Notes under the pieces: generated by a model
Seen by the model: the letters and a program-made list of their open reading frames with translations, nothing else
What the model was told of the DNA's origin: nothing
The model's database searches: none
Shown here: positions 45,786 to 56,856 of the stretch, piece by piece
Layout: each line of letters opens with the position of its first letter
How positions within the stretch are numbered: the first letter of the stretch is position 1
Assembly (NCBI GenBank): GCA_036149055.1
Contig: JAYZQJ010000069.1
Location: forward strand, 64,001 to 128,000
Direction: 5' to 3'
From: Myxococcota bacterium
GTDB lineage: Bacteria > Myxococcota_A > Polyangia > Polyangiales > Sandaracinaceae
Length of the DNA stretch: 64,000 nt
Program-made: the position numbers and the translations under genes

Positions 45786-46700
45786 CTATCTGCGAAAGCG
45801 CTGCTCGGGGCCCGACGGCGTGTAGACCTGGATCGCCCTGAGCGGCGCGCCCCCGTCGCCCTCCAGCGAGTGCAGCACGCCGGGCGGCACGTAGAGCGCG
45901 GCCCCCGGGCGGACCCGGATCAGGCGCTCGCCGACCCGCATGACCCCGGAGCCGCTCTCGATGAGCAGGATCTCGGCGCTCTCCGGGTGACGGTGCGACG
46001 GCACCGCGACGTCGGCGTCGCCCTCCAGCACGCTCAGCCCTCCGTGCCGCGCCCCCGCGCCCTCCTCGTCCAGCAGGATGCGCACCCGCAGCTTGCCGCC
46101 CAGCGCGGGCAACGGCGGGGTCGTGCGCACCGAGGTCGCCCGCAGGGGACGGACCCGAGCCTCGCGCGCGTCTTCGTGCCCACAGCCGGTCGGCCCCGGG
46201 TCCGAGAGGCTCGGCTCCCCGCGCCCCGCCGCGCGCACGTAGGCGACCACGGTCCGGGCCGGGTGCTCGGAGAGGTTCTGCACGAGCCCGTCGCCCTCGA
46301 CGCCGAAGCGGACCGCGTCGCCCGCGTACAGGGTGGCCGGCGCCTCGGGCGGCGCGATCCCGGTCCCCACCCCGCGCAGCTCGCCGCTCCGCACCAGCAG
46401 GAGCACGTCCTGGCAGGCCCCGGCCGGCGGACGGAAGCTCCCTCCGGGCCGCAGGGTCAGGCTCGCCAGCCGCGCGCGCGCCTCGACGGGACGCGGCTCG
46501 AAGTCCAGCGGGGTGATGACCTGCGGCTCGAGGTGGGTCCCGCCGACCACGCCGCGGATCGCCGGCGCGACCTCCTCCATCGCGCCGGCCTCGTCGATCG
46601 CGGCCGGCGCGTCCCCGCCCGTCACCGCGCTCGGCGCGGCCTGCGGCTCCCGACGCTCGTCGACCGGGGCGCCGCAGGCGACGGCGAGCCCCGCCAACAC
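45786..46700 (-). CDS. Bicupin lipoprotein (start uncertain)
   Basis: LAVAC lipobox; C-terminal cupin PSHRHPESAE..GVLH; degenerate first cupin. Confidence 0.7.
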   Translation of the reverse strand: MLAGLAVACGAPVDERREPQAAPSAVTGGDAPAAIDEAGAMEEVAPAIRGVVGGTHLEPQVITPLDFEPRPVEARARLASLTLRPGGSFRPPAGACQDVLLLVRSGELRGVGTGIAPPEAPATLYAGDAVRFGVEGDGLVQNLSEHPARTVVAYVRAAGRGEPSLSDPGPTGCGHEDAREARVRPLRATSVRTTPPLPALGGKLRVRILLDEEGAGARHGGLSVLEGDADVAVPSHRHPESAEILLIESGSGVMRVGERLIRVRPGAALYVPPGVLHSLEGDGGAPLRAIQVYTPSGPEQRFRR

Positions 46701-46705
46701 GACGC

Positions 46706-47754
<1,049 letters not shown>

Positions 47755-47758
<4 letters not shown>

Positions 47759-48087
47759 ATCGAGAGCTTTCCGGCGCGATTGCGCATCTGGATGCCGTGC
47801 ACGAGCGACGCGCCGCCTCGGAGGGCGGCCGCGACGTGCACCGCCTCGGTCATCTGGTCCATGTCGGCCCCCTTGCGGAGGCAGTCCTTACTGTAGCTGT
47901 CGATGCAGTAGGGGCACTGGATGGCGTGGGCGACCGCGAGCGCGATCAGGGACTTCTCGCGGGCGGTCAGGGCGCCGTCGGCGAACACCGCGCCGTACCA
48001 CTCGAAGAATTTCTCGGCCAGCTCGGGCGCGTTCTCACCGATCTCACCGAACTTCGCGAGGTCTTCGTGATCGTAGTAGTGGCTCAT
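47755..48087 (-). CDS. CMD/AhpD-like peroxidase-related protein of the type paired with arsS
   Basis: YYDHEDLAKF, REKSLIALAV, QCPYCID, GASLVHGIQM. Confidence 0.88.
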
Positions 48088-48203
48088 CGGGCTCTCCTCG
48101 GGTCTGGCGCCTACGCGACGCGGGGCGGGCAAGTTACAACGGAGGCCCCCGAGATTCGCCGGTTTTTCGGTCGCCCGAGAGGCTTCGGTTAGGTTCGAGG
48201 CCC

Positions 48204-49724
48204 ATGGCGGCCGAAGCCCTCGCAGACGACACCCTGGCCACCGGCGCGCTCCACCTCCGGCGCTGCCGCACCTGCGGCGAGGAGTTCCCGAGCGACTACC
48301 GCGTCTGCCCGCGGGACGGCACCCCGCTCGGGGTCGACGCCAGCCGCGAGGACCCGATGATGGGCATCGTGCTGGCGGGCACCTACCGGGTCGTCCGCAA
48401 CCTGGGTCGCGGCGGCATGGGGCGCCTCTACGAAGCGCAGCACACCCGGCTCGACCGACACTTCGCGATCAAGGTCCTGCACGAGGCCCAGTCCCGCTCC
48501 CGCGACGCGGTCCGCCGCTTCGACCGCGAGGCGCGGGTGCTCAGCCGCATCCGCTCCGACCACGTCCTCGACGTGATCGACGTCCTGCGCACCCCCGACG
48601 ATCGGGCGGCCATCGTGACCGCCCGGCTCGAAGGCGAGGATCTGAAGGCGCGGCTCGATCGGGTCGGCAAGCTGCCCGCGGCGGAGGCGGTCCCGATCGC
48701 GCGGCAGATCTGTCGGGGGCTCGCGGCGGCGCACGCCGAGGGGATCATTCACCGCGACCTCAAGCCCTCGAACCTCTTCCTCGAGACCGGCGCGGACGGA
48801 CGCGTCGTGGTGAAGGTGCTCGACTTCGGCGTCGCCAAGCTGAACGGCGAGGAGGAGCTGACCCGGACGGGCGCGGTGGTCGGGACACCCGCCTACATGG
48901 CCCCGGAGCAGGCCCGCGGGAGCGCGAAGGTCGACACGCGCGCGGACATCTACGCGGTGGGCGCCGTCCTCTACCGGATGCTCACCGGGCGAGCGCCCTA
49001 CTCCGGCGACGAGCCCGCGGCCCTGCTCGCCAGCCTGCTCCACGAGGTGCCGAAGCGGCCGCGCGCGCTCGAGCCGTCGATCCCGATCGGCCTCGAGGCG
49101 CTCGTGCAGCGCACCATGGCCCGCAACCCGAGCGATCGCCCCGGCGACGCGCTCGAGCTCGAGCGGGAGCTCGCCCTCTTCGACCCCGGGGGCGAGTCGG
49201 TGGCGCCGTCGACGTGGGAGCCCTCGATGGGCGGCGGCGAGGTCTCGACCCTGATCCTCCCGCGGGGCAGCGTCGATCGCGCCCGCGCGCTCGCCAAGCA
49301 GGCGGCCCGCGCGCGCCCGTTCGCGGTCCTGCTCGGCGCGGCGTCGGCGCTCTGGGCGGCATGCGTGGCCGGCCTGTTCGTCACCGGGCTGCAGACCCTC
49401 GGGGGCGCCGCCCGCACGCCGGTGGAGGTGAGCGCCGCCTGGCTGCTCGCCGCCGCGGCCGCGATCGGCGCCCTGAGCGCGCTCACCCGCTGGCTGTCCC
49501 GTCACTGGTCGAGCGCGCCCGAGGTCCTGCGCGTGAACCGCGTGCTCTCGCGCGCGGTCTTCGCCTCGACGATCGTCTACGGCGGCTGGGAGCTGGCGGT
49601 CCGCGGCCTCGAGGCCCTCACCGCCGAGAGCGCCGCGCTGCACGGCTGGGCCCTGCTCTCGCGCGCCGCCCTGCTCGCCCTGGTCGCCGGTCTGGCCGGC
49701 TGGTCGGCTCAGCGCAGGCGGTAG
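48204..49724 (+). CDS. Ser/Thr kinase with Zn ribbon and C-terminal transmembrane helices
   Basis: CRTC..CPRDG; GRGGMG, HRDLKPSN, DFG, GTPAYMAPE; about four hydrophobic segments. Confidence 0.93.
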   Translation: MAAEALADDTLATGALHLRRCRTCGEEFPSDYRVCPRDGTPLGVDASREDPMMGIVLAGTYRVVRNLGRGGMGRLYEAQHTRLDRHFAIKVLHEAQSRSRDAVRRFDREARVLSRIRSDHVLDVIDVLRTPDDRAAIVTARLEGEDLKARLDRVGKLPAAEAVPIARQICRGLAAAHAEGIIHRDLKPSNLFLETGADGRVVVKVLDFGVAKLNGEEELTRTGAVVGTPAYMAPEQARGSAKVDTRADIYAVGAVLYRMLTGRAPYSGDEPAALLASLLHEVPKRPRALEPSIPIGLEALVQRTMARNPSDRPGDALELERELALFDPGGESVAPSTWEPSMGGGEVSTLILPRGSVDRARALAKQAARARPFAVLLGAASALWAACVAGLFVTGLQTLGGAARTPVEVSAAWLLAAAAAIGALSALTRWLSRHWSSAPEVLRVNRVLSRAVFASTIVYGGWELAVRGLEALTAESAALHGWALLSRAALLALVAGLAGWSAQRRR

Positions 49725-50983
49725 AGGCGGGTCCCGGAGCCGTCGGGCAGCGCGACCACGCACGGCACGATCATCAGCGCCCCCTCCGCGTGCACGAGGC
49801 GGCCGCCGAGCCAGCGCGGCTGCGCGGCGGTCAGCTGATGCAGGACCGCGACCCCGCCCGCGTCGTCGGCCCGCGCGAAGGCGAGCGCGGTGCCGTCGTC
49901 GTCGAACGCGACCGGCTCGCCGTTGGTCGCCCAGCGCTTCGGGGCCACGATCGCGAACGGCTCCGACTGTCCCGGGTGGCCGCCGATCTGCTCGCGGTAG
50001 CGGTCCGCCAGCGCGCCGAAGCGTCGGTAGGCGTTGCTCGACACGCGCGTCAGGTCGTCGTGCGACGGCCCGAGGCTGACCGCGTACTGCATGAGGCGGA
50101 TCCGGCGCGGCGAGGCGCCGTCCTCCACCTCGGCGAGCCCGACCTGGATGACCCGCGGGCACGGGCCGACCGAGGCCACCGGGCTCGAGCGCGAGCGCTC
50201 CTCGCGGAAGACCTCGCCGTTGCGGAGATCGACCAGGTAGCGCCGCTCGATCCCGCCGCGCTCGCTGCTCGGGAGCCACTCTCGGGCCACCTCGACGAGC
50301 ACGCGATCGGAGAGGCGCTCGACCGCGCCGAGCTCCCCGCTCGCGCCCATCCAGCCGACCACGCGGCGGCGCGCGCTGCGCGACGGGCGCTCCTTGCGGA
50401 GATCCTTGGCGAGCTGGCTCGCGCCCATGAGGAGCAGCGCCACCTGGGCCACGTCCTTCGCCGCCAGCCCGCTCTCGAGCCGCTTGAGCCAGCGCGCGAG
50501 CCCGGTGGGCGTGGGGAGCGGCGCCTCCTTGCGCAGCCGCTCCAGGCTCTCGGCCACCGACGGCGCGTTCCGCTCGCCCGCGCCCGCGCGCACCACGGTG
50601 GTCACCACGTCGTCGAGGGCGTCGGCCAGCCGGCCCCGGGCGGAGGGCGTCGGCGCCTCCTCGGCGGGCGGCGCGGGCGGCGGCGTGCTCGGGCGCGGGG
50701 CCAGGTCGGTCTCGGTGACGCGCATCCCGGTCTGTGACGCGCGCACGTCCTCCGCCGGCGGCGCGCTCTGGGCCAGCCACCGCAGCGCCTCGCGCACGTG
50801 GGGACCGTCGGCGGCGCCGCTGCTCGTCCAGGACAGCTCGCCGTCGCGGAGGGCCAGGGTGACCATCTCCGTGACTCCGTCCAGCTGGACGTCGACCGTC
50901 AGCCGGGTCACCTCCCCGGCGCCCCGCCCTCCCCCGACGCGCTCGAGCGCGCGCCGCGCGGCCTCGCGGATCGCCTCGCTCAC
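49709..50983 (-). CDS. Hypothetical protein (424 aa)
   Basis: GTGA overlap; normal codon usage; last gene of UDG operon. Confidence 0.75.
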   Translation of the reverse strand: MSEAIREAARRALERVGGGRGAGEVTRLTVDVQLDGVTEMVTLALRDGELSWTSSGAADGPHVREALRWLAQSAPPAEDVRASQTGMRVTETDLAPRPSTPPPAPPAEEAPTPSARGRLADALDDVVTTVVRAGAGERNAPSVAESLERLRKEAPLPTPTGLARWLKRLESGLAAKDVAQVALLLMGASQLAKDLRKERPSRSARRRVVGWMGASGELGAVERLSDRVLVEVAREWLPSSERGGIERRYLVDLRNGEVFREERSRSSPVASVGPCPRVIQVGLAEVEDGASPRRIRLMQYAVSLGPSHDDLTRVSSNAYRRFGALADRYREQIGGHPGQSEPFAIVAPKRWATNGEPVAFDDDGTALAFARADDAGGVAVLHQLTAAQPRWLGGRLVHAEGALMIVPCVVALPDGSGTRLYRLR

Positions 50984-52746
50984 GCCGCGCTCCGCTGGCG
51001 AAGGTGCTCCTGGCGACGCGACAGCTCGAAGCGCAGCTCGCTCGGCACGCGCCGCAGGTCGAGCGCGAGCATCTCCTCGATGAGCCCGCGCGCGATGTCG
51101 ACGCGGCCGCTGCGCTCGACCTCCTCGGCCCGGCGGAGGAAGACACGGGCGAGCGCGCGCATCGCGAAGTGGTTGCCCTCGACCCACGGGCGGTCGGCCT
51201 CGAGGGCGCGCCGGAACGCGGCGAGCGCCTGAGGCGGCCGCTCCTTCCGGGCGTGATGTAGCGCGAGCGCGGCCAGCGGCGCGGCCCAGCCGGGGCGACG
51301 CGCGGCGGCGCGCTCGAAGCGGGAGATCGCCCGGCGCCCGGCGCCGAGGGCCAGCCAGAGGTGGCCCATCACGAAGTCGAACCAGCTCGAGAAGCGCACC
51401 ACCGCCGGATCACGCGCCCGCTCGGCCATGCCGCTCCGCGAGGCGGTCGCCAGGTCGACGCTCTCGGTGTGCTCGGGCGGCTCCTCGCCGCGCAGCTCCA
51501 TGAGCGCGCGGATGGCGGCCTCCGCGTCCTCCGCGTCGGCGAAGAGCGCGCTCAGGCCGCTCTCCCGCCGCAGCTCCGCCAGCGGCAGCAGGCCGCGCGC
51601 GTCCCCGGTCTTGCCGAGGGCGCGGATCACGTGGGTGAGCAGCACCGGGTCGCTCTTCTCGAGCAGGGGCACGAGCCGCTCGGCGTCCTCGGCGTTGGCG
51701 AGGCTCTCCATCGCCTCGACCGCGGCCCCGAGCACCCGCTCGTCGTCGCTCCCGAGCAGCTTGCGCACGTAGTCCCGCCCCCGGACGTCCGCGGCGATGC
51801 CGAGCGCGCCGGCCAGGATCGCCCGCTCGCTGTCGACCACGCTCCGCTCGTAGGCCGCGGCGAGCGCGGGGTGGGCGCGCGGATCCTCGATGCGCGCGAG
51901 CGCCCGCGCCGCCTCCGGCACGAAGTCGGCGTTGCGCGAGGACAAGAGCCCGACCAGCGCCGGGGTCAGCCGCGGATCCCCCGAGTAGCGGAGCGAGGAG
52001 AGCATGGCGAGGCGGTTGCTCTTGCCGCTCACCCCGTCGCTCCCGTCGAGCACCGAGGCGAGGTGATCGAGCACCACGTCGGGCGCGTCGCGGAGGCGCA
52101 CCATGAGCTGGGCGCGGTGATCGGGCGGCATCGCGCCCACCGGCTCGATCGCGAGCTGGCCGGACCAGAAGTCCTCGATGGCGACCCGGAGCTTGTCGAG
52201 GACCTCGGCGAACTCCTCGCTCTCCTGCCGCGCCGCCCGCCCGCGGGCCCCCGGGAGCGCCTCGCGCGCGTGCGCCACCTCGAAGGCGATCTCGACGTCC
52301 CGGACGTTGAGCAGGGTCGTGGTGACGCCGCGAACGTCCTCGTTGCTCAGCTCGCCCTCCTCGACCAGGGCGCCGAGCCGGAGCGCCGCCGCCCGCCGCT
52401 GCACGAGGCCGCCGGCGCGCAGGACCGCGAGCAGGGTCTGCACGTCGTCGAGCTCCGCCACACCGAGCTGCTCCGCCCCGTGCTCGCTCGAGACGGTCAG
52501 GCGGCCCAGGAACGAGGCGTCGGCGGAGCTCACCACGGGGGGGGCCTCCGGGGCCCGCGGATCCTTCTCCGCCCCGCAGCTCACGTGGCCGAGCGCCTCC
52601 TCGCCGACCGCCGTCACCAGCGCCCGGGCGAGCTCACCGTCATCGTCGGACGAGACGCCGAGCGTCTGCCGCAGCTCTCCGTCGTCCGTCCCGGCGCCCT
52701 CGCGGAGCCGTCGCTCGAGGCGCTTGACCCCCAGCTTCGCGGTCAC
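50980..52746 (-). CDS. HEAT-repeat plus C-terminal TPR-like protein
   Basis: AARALARIEDPRA, IRALGKTGDARGL; ALAAFRRALEAD. Confidence 0.8.
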   Translation of the reverse strand: MTAKLGVKRLERRLREGAGTDDGELRQTLGVSSDDDGELARALVTAVGEEALGHVSCGAEKDPRAPEAPPVVSSADASFLGRLTVSSEHGAEQLGVAELDDVQTLLAVLRAGGLVQRRAAALRLGALVEEGELSNEDVRGVTTTLLNVRDVEIAFEVAHAREALPGARGRAARQESEEFAEVLDKLRVAIEDFWSGQLAIEPVGAMPPDHRAQLMVRLRDAPDVVLDHLASVLDGSDGVSGKSNRLAMLSSLRYSGDPRLTPALVGLLSSRNADFVPEAARALARIEDPRAHPALAAAYERSVVDSERAILAGALGIAADVRGRDYVRKLLGSDDERVLGAAVEAMESLANAEDAERLVPLLEKSDPVLLTHVIRALGKTGDARGLLPLAELRRESGLSALFADAEDAEAAIRALMELRGEEPPEHTESVDLATASRSGMAERARDPAVVRFSSWFDFVMGHLWLALGAGRRAISRFERAAARRPGWAAPLAALALHHARKERPPQALAAFRRALEADRPWVEGNHFAMRALARVFLRRAEEVERSGRVDIARGLIEEMLALDLRRVPSELRFELSRRQEHLRQRSAA

Positions 52747-54218
52747 GTCTCGGGCTCCACGGTGACCCGGAACACCCCCACCCCGGTCGCCGCGTGGAGC
52801 ACGGTGCGGTCGCCGTCGCGCGCGAGGCTCAGGTCGACGATCCGGTGCGCCCCGTCGAGCCCCAGGCGCTCCGCCTCCTCGGCCACGTCCAGCACCAGGC
52901 CCGCCTCTCCGCCGCCGGGGCGGTGGCGCACGATCACGCCGCGGTCTCCGTCGAGGTGCGCCGCGTAGAGCGACAGCCCGCCGCGCTCCTTGACCAGCGC
53001 GATCGGGCCCGCCGGGGGCAGCCCGGGCACCCGCGCCCACGTCTTGCCCGCGTCCGACGAGAGGAAGGGCCCCGCGACGTCGGCCGCGCAGGCCACCGCC
53101 ACGTAGCCGTCTCCGTAGGCCAGGCTCATCTCGCCCTCCGCCGGCAGGCCGGGGCCGTCGACCGCGGACCAGCGCCCGCCTCCGTCCTCGGTCCACGCGA
53201 GCTGCGGCGGCGCGTCCCGGCCCGCGCAGAGCACCATCACGCCCCCGGTCGGCGGGGTCACGATCGCCACCACCCGCTTGAGGAGCAGCGGGCCCTTCCA
53301 GGTCCGGCCGAAGTCGTCGCTCGCGTGGAGCGCGCCGCCGCCGGTGCGGCCCCAGAGCCGCGTGGTGCCCGCCTCCCGCCGGAGGTGGAAGCTCTGCGCG
53401 GCGTCCTTGCCGAAGCTCGTGACCGGCGCGAACGACGCGCCCGCGTCGTCGGACCGCAGGACCTCTCCGGCGGCGGTGCTGACCACCAGCGCGTCTCCGT
53501 CGCCGGCGACCGCCACCACCTCCGCCGCCTCCAGGCCGCCGCTCCCGAGGCGCTCACAGCCCTCGCCGCGCACGACCCACACCGACGCGGCGCCGCCCAC
53601 GTACGGCGGCCGCACCGCCGCGGCGCCCTCGCGCGGCCCGAGGTGGGTCACGGCGACGCCCTCGAGGGGCGCCGGGAGCGAGCGGTCCGGCGCCTCGTCG
53701 ACGTCGGTGATCATGGCCGCGACGTCGAGCAGGAGATCGTCCCCGGCGTCGTCCTCGTCGCCCTCGTCGGCGTCGAGCGGCGGGAGGTGGGACACATCGT
53801 CGGCGCCGCGACCGCCGAGATCGATCGCGTCGTCGAGGCCGACCTCGCCGCCGTCATCGCCTCCGAGCGGGCTGAGCGTGGGCAGGTCCATCTCGGCCGG
53901 ATCCCAGCCCTCGTCGGCCTGCGAGGCGCCGTCGTCGGTCCAGCCGTACTCGGCGCCCTCGTCGAGGCCCTCCACCGGGATGGCGTCGACGTCCTCCTCG
54001 TCGATCGCCGTCTCCTCGGGCGGCAGCTCGAGAGCGTAGAGCGGCGCGTCGTCCTCGAGGCCGGTGTCGTCGTCGAGGCCGACGGACTCCGCCGCCTCGG
54101 CGTCGTCGGGCAGGAGCGCGTCGAGGCCGAGCTCGCCCGCGTCGGGCAGCGCGTCGTCGTCGTCGTCCGCCAGCGGAGGGAGCGGCGGGAGGAGATCGTC
54201 GTCTTCTTCGGGCTTCAC
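52743..54218 (-). CDS. Protein with acidic N-terminus and Asp-box (BNR) beta-propeller
   Basis: About 175-aa D/E-rich region; SDDAGASF, SDDFGRTW, TEDGGGRW, SSDAGKTW. Confidence 0.8.
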   Translation of the reverse strand: MKPEEDDDLLPPLPPLADDDDDALPDAGELGLDALLPDDAEAAESVGLDDDTGLEDDAPLYALELPPEETAIDEEDVDAIPVEGLDEGAEYGWTDDGASQADEGWDPAEMDLPTLSPLGGDDGGEVGLDDAIDLGGRGADDVSHLPPLDADEGDEDDAGDDLLLDVAAMITDVDEAPDRSLPAPLEGVAVTHLGPREGAAAVRPPYVGGAASVWVVRGEGCERLGSGGLEAAEVVAVAGDGDALVVSTAAGEVLRSDDAGASFAPVTSFGKDAAQSFHLRREAGTTRLWGRTGGGALHASDDFGRTWKGPLLLKRVVAIVTPPTGGVMVLCAGRDAPPQLAWTEDGGGRWSAVDGPGLPAEGEMSLAYGDGYVAVACAADVAGPFLSSDAGKTWARVPGLPPAGPIALVKERGGLSLYAAHLDGDRGVIVRHRPGGGEAGLVLDVAEEAERLGLDGAHRIVDLSLARDGDRTVLHAATGVGVFRVTVEPET

Positions 54219-55051
54219 CGGGACGGCAGCTCCCGGCCGAGGGCGGCCACGACCTTCTGGAGATCTTCCCACACCGGCCGCTTCTGCTCGGGGCTCCGGA
54301 GCAGGTAGGCCGGGTGGTAGGTGGGCATCACGCGCACGCCGGCGAAGGTGCCCCAGCGGCCGCGCCACCCGCCGCCGCCGACCCCGAGGTTCTCGGCCGC
54401 GTGCCGGCCGAGGGCCACGATGACCTGGGGCTTCACCGCGTCGAGCTGGCCCTCGAGGAACCGCATGCACGCCGCCGCCTCGTCGGGGTTGGGCGTCCGG
54501 TTGTCCGGCGGCCGGCACTTCACGACGTTGCAGACGTAGATCTCGTCCTGCGAGAGGCCCATCGCGGCGATCATCTTGTCGAGGAGCTGGCCGGCGTTGC
54601 CGACGAACGGCAGCCCCTGCTGGTCCTCGTGGTAGCCGGGCCCCTCCCCGACGAAGGCCACCAGCGCGCCGTCGGGGTTGCCGCGGGCGAAGACGCTGCG
54701 GGTCCGCCCCTCGTGGAGCCGGCACGCGGTGCAGCTGGCCGCCTCTTCGGCCAGGACCGTCAGGCGCGTCCGCGCGTCGACGGGCGCCTCCTCTGCAGAC
54801 GGCGCGGGCGCCGCGGCGGGGGCCTGGGGGCGCTCGGGCGCCTCGGTCGCGACCGGGCGGGCGATCGGGCTGGCGATCGGGCCGGGCTCGGGAGTCGCAG
54901 CGGGGCTCGGGGGCGGGCTCGCCGCCTCGTCGGCGCGCTCGAGCGCGTCGAGCGCGACCTCGGGCAGGCCCCGGCTGCCGAGATCCATCTCCCAGCGCAG
55001 GTGCTCGGCCGTCAGCGCAGCCAGCTCCGCGAGATCCGAGTCCACGCCCAC
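54215..55051 (-). CDS. Uracil-DNA glycosylase family 4
   Basis: CTACRL, GEGPG, PFVG, NVVKCRPP, TYHPAYLLR. Confidence 0.95.
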   Translation of the reverse strand: MGVDSDLAELAALTAEHLRWEMDLGSRGLPEVALDALERADEAASPPPSPAATPEPGPIASPIARPVATEAPERPQAPAAAPAPSAEEAPVDARTRLTVLAEEAASCTACRLHEGRTRSVFARGNPDGALVAFVGEGPGYHEDQQGLPFVGNAGQLLDKMIAAMGLSQDEIYVCNVVKCRPPDNRTPNPDEAAACMRFLEGQLDAVKPQVIVALGRHAAENLGVGGGGWRGRWGTFAGVRVMPTYHPAYLLRSPEQKRPVWEDLQKVVAALGRELPSR

Positions 55052-55128
55052 GGCCGCGGATTACACGGCGCCAGCGCCGCGTGCAACGGGTTGCGCGCCG
55101 CCGGCCGATCGGGCATCCCCTCCTCGCG

Positions 55129-55926
55129 ATGAGCGAAGTACCCACCCTGACCGTGGTGATGCCCGCCTACAACGAGCGGGCGACGATTCACGAGGCGCTG
55201 AAGCGCGTGCTGGCCAGCCCCGTGGACAGCCTCGAGATCGTCGTCGTGGACGACGGCTCGACCGACGGGACCCGCGAGCTCCTCACCCAGGGCCCCGCGC
55301 TCGACGAGCGCGTGCGGATCATCCTGCACGACGAGAACCGCGGCAAAGGCGCGGCCCTCCAGACGGGCTTCCGCGAGGCGCGTGGCCGCTTCGTCGTCGT
55401 GCAGGACGCCGATCTCGAGTACGACCCCAACGACTACCCGGCGCTGCTCGGCCCGCTCCTCGACGGTCACGCCGACGTCGTCTACGGCAGCCGCTTCGCC
55501 GGCGGGGGCGCGCACCGGGTCCTCTACTACTGGCACTCGGTCGCCAACCAGGCGCTGACCACGCTGTCGAACATGGTCACCGACCTGAACCTCACGGACA
55601 TGGAGACCTGCTACAAGGTCTTCCGCCGCGAGGTGCTCGACGAGCTCGTGCTCGAGGAGAGCCGCTTCGGCATCGAGCCCGAGATGACCGCGAAGATCGC
55701 CCAGCTCGGCGTCCGCGTGTACGAGGTGCCCATCAGCTATCACGGCCGGACCTACGCCGAGGGCAAGAAGATCGGCCTCAAGGACGCGTTCCGGGCGCTG
55801 TTCTGCATCGCCCGCTACGGGGTGCCCGCGCGGCTGCGCCGTCGCGAGCGTCCGTGGCGTCCGAGTGACGGCGGCGCATCGAACGCTTCCACCGCGGTGG
55901 GTGGGGGCGGTAAGCTCGTCCACTGA
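55129..55926 (+). CDS. Glycosyltransferase family 2 (DPM1-like)
   Basis: PAYNE, DDGSTDGT, GKGAA, QDADLEYDP, DMETCYK. Confidence 0.95.
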   Translation: MSEVPTLTVVMPAYNERATIHEALKRVLASPVDSLEIVVVDDGSTDGTRELLTQGPALDERVRIILHDENRGKGAALQTGFREARGRFVVVQDADLEYDPNDYPALLGPLLDGHADVVYGSRFAGGGAHRVLYYWHSVANQALTTLSNMVTDLNLTDMETCYKVFRREVLDELVLEESRFGIEPEMTAKIAQLGVRVYEVPISYHGRTYAEGKKIGLKDAFRALFCIARYGVPARLRRRERPWRPSDGGASNASTAVGGGGKLVH

Positions 55927-56015
55927 ACGCCGTCCGGCCCGTCGACCAAGAAAGCGTTGACGGGCGTCGGCCGCGCGGGATAACTTTCTGCCCGAATTTT
56001 GGAGGGATACGGCTA

Positions 56016-56795
56016 GTGGCCTCGAGCGCACGCGTCCTCGTAGCCGGCGACACCAACGTCGGGATGAAGAGGACTCACAACGAGGACGCCTTCGAAGTCA
56101 TCGACGAGGAGAAGCTCTACCTCGTCGCGGACGGAATGGGTGGTCACGCCTCTGGTGAGGTGGCCTCCAAGATGGCGATCGACACTCTGCGTGAGTTCTT
56201 CAAGGCGACCAGCGCCGACCCAGAAGCGACCTGGCCATACAAGATGGACAAGTCGCGGGGGTACGAAGAGAATCGCCTCATCACGGGCATCAAGCTCGCC
56301 AACCTGCGCATCCACGAGAACGCGCAGCGCGAGCCGAAGCTCCGCGGCATGGGCACGACCGTCGTGTCGATCCTGGTGATCGACGAGGGCGTGCTCATCG
56401 CGCACGTCGGCGACAGCCGCGTCTACCGCATCCGTGATGGCAAGATGGAGCAGCTGACGGACGATCACTCCCTCCTCAACGACTACATCAAGATGAAGCG
56501 GCTCACGGAGGAGGAGATCGCCAACTTCCCGCACAAGAACGTCATCGTGCGGGCCCTGGGCATGAAGGAGACGGTCAAGGTGGACACCCGCCTCGACCAC
56601 CCCCAGCCCGGCGATCTCTACGTCCTCTGCTCGGACGGGCTCTGCGGCCCGGTGACCGACGAGGAGATCCACGAGCTCGCGAGCAGCACCAACGACCTCA
56701 AGCAGGGCGTGGCCAAGCTCATCGATCGCGCGAACCAGAACGGCGGCCCGGACAACGTGACCGTCGTGATGGCCAAGTGGATCGGCAAGGGCTGA
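56016..56795 (+). CDS. PP2C-family (Stp1-like) Ser/Thr phosphatase
   Basis: NED, ADGMGGH, GMGTT, VGDSR, CSDGL, DNVT. Confidence 0.95.
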   Translation: MASSARVLVAGDTNVGMKRTHNEDAFEVIDEEKLYLVADGMGGHASGEVASKMAIDTLREFFKATSADPEATWPYKMDKSRGYEENRLITGIKLANLRIHENAQREPKLRGMGTTVVSILVIDEGVLIAHVGDSRVYRIRDGKMEQLTDDHSLLNDYIKMKRLTEEEIANFPHKNVIVRALGMKETVKVDTRLDHPQPGDLYVLCSDGLCGPVTDEEIHELASSTNDLKQGVAKLIDRANQNGGPDNVTVVMAKWIGKG

Positions 56796-56856
56796 CCCTC
56801 GGCGCTATGCTTCGGGGGCGATGCGCGCCCCCCACGAGATCCAGGGCTGACCCGAC

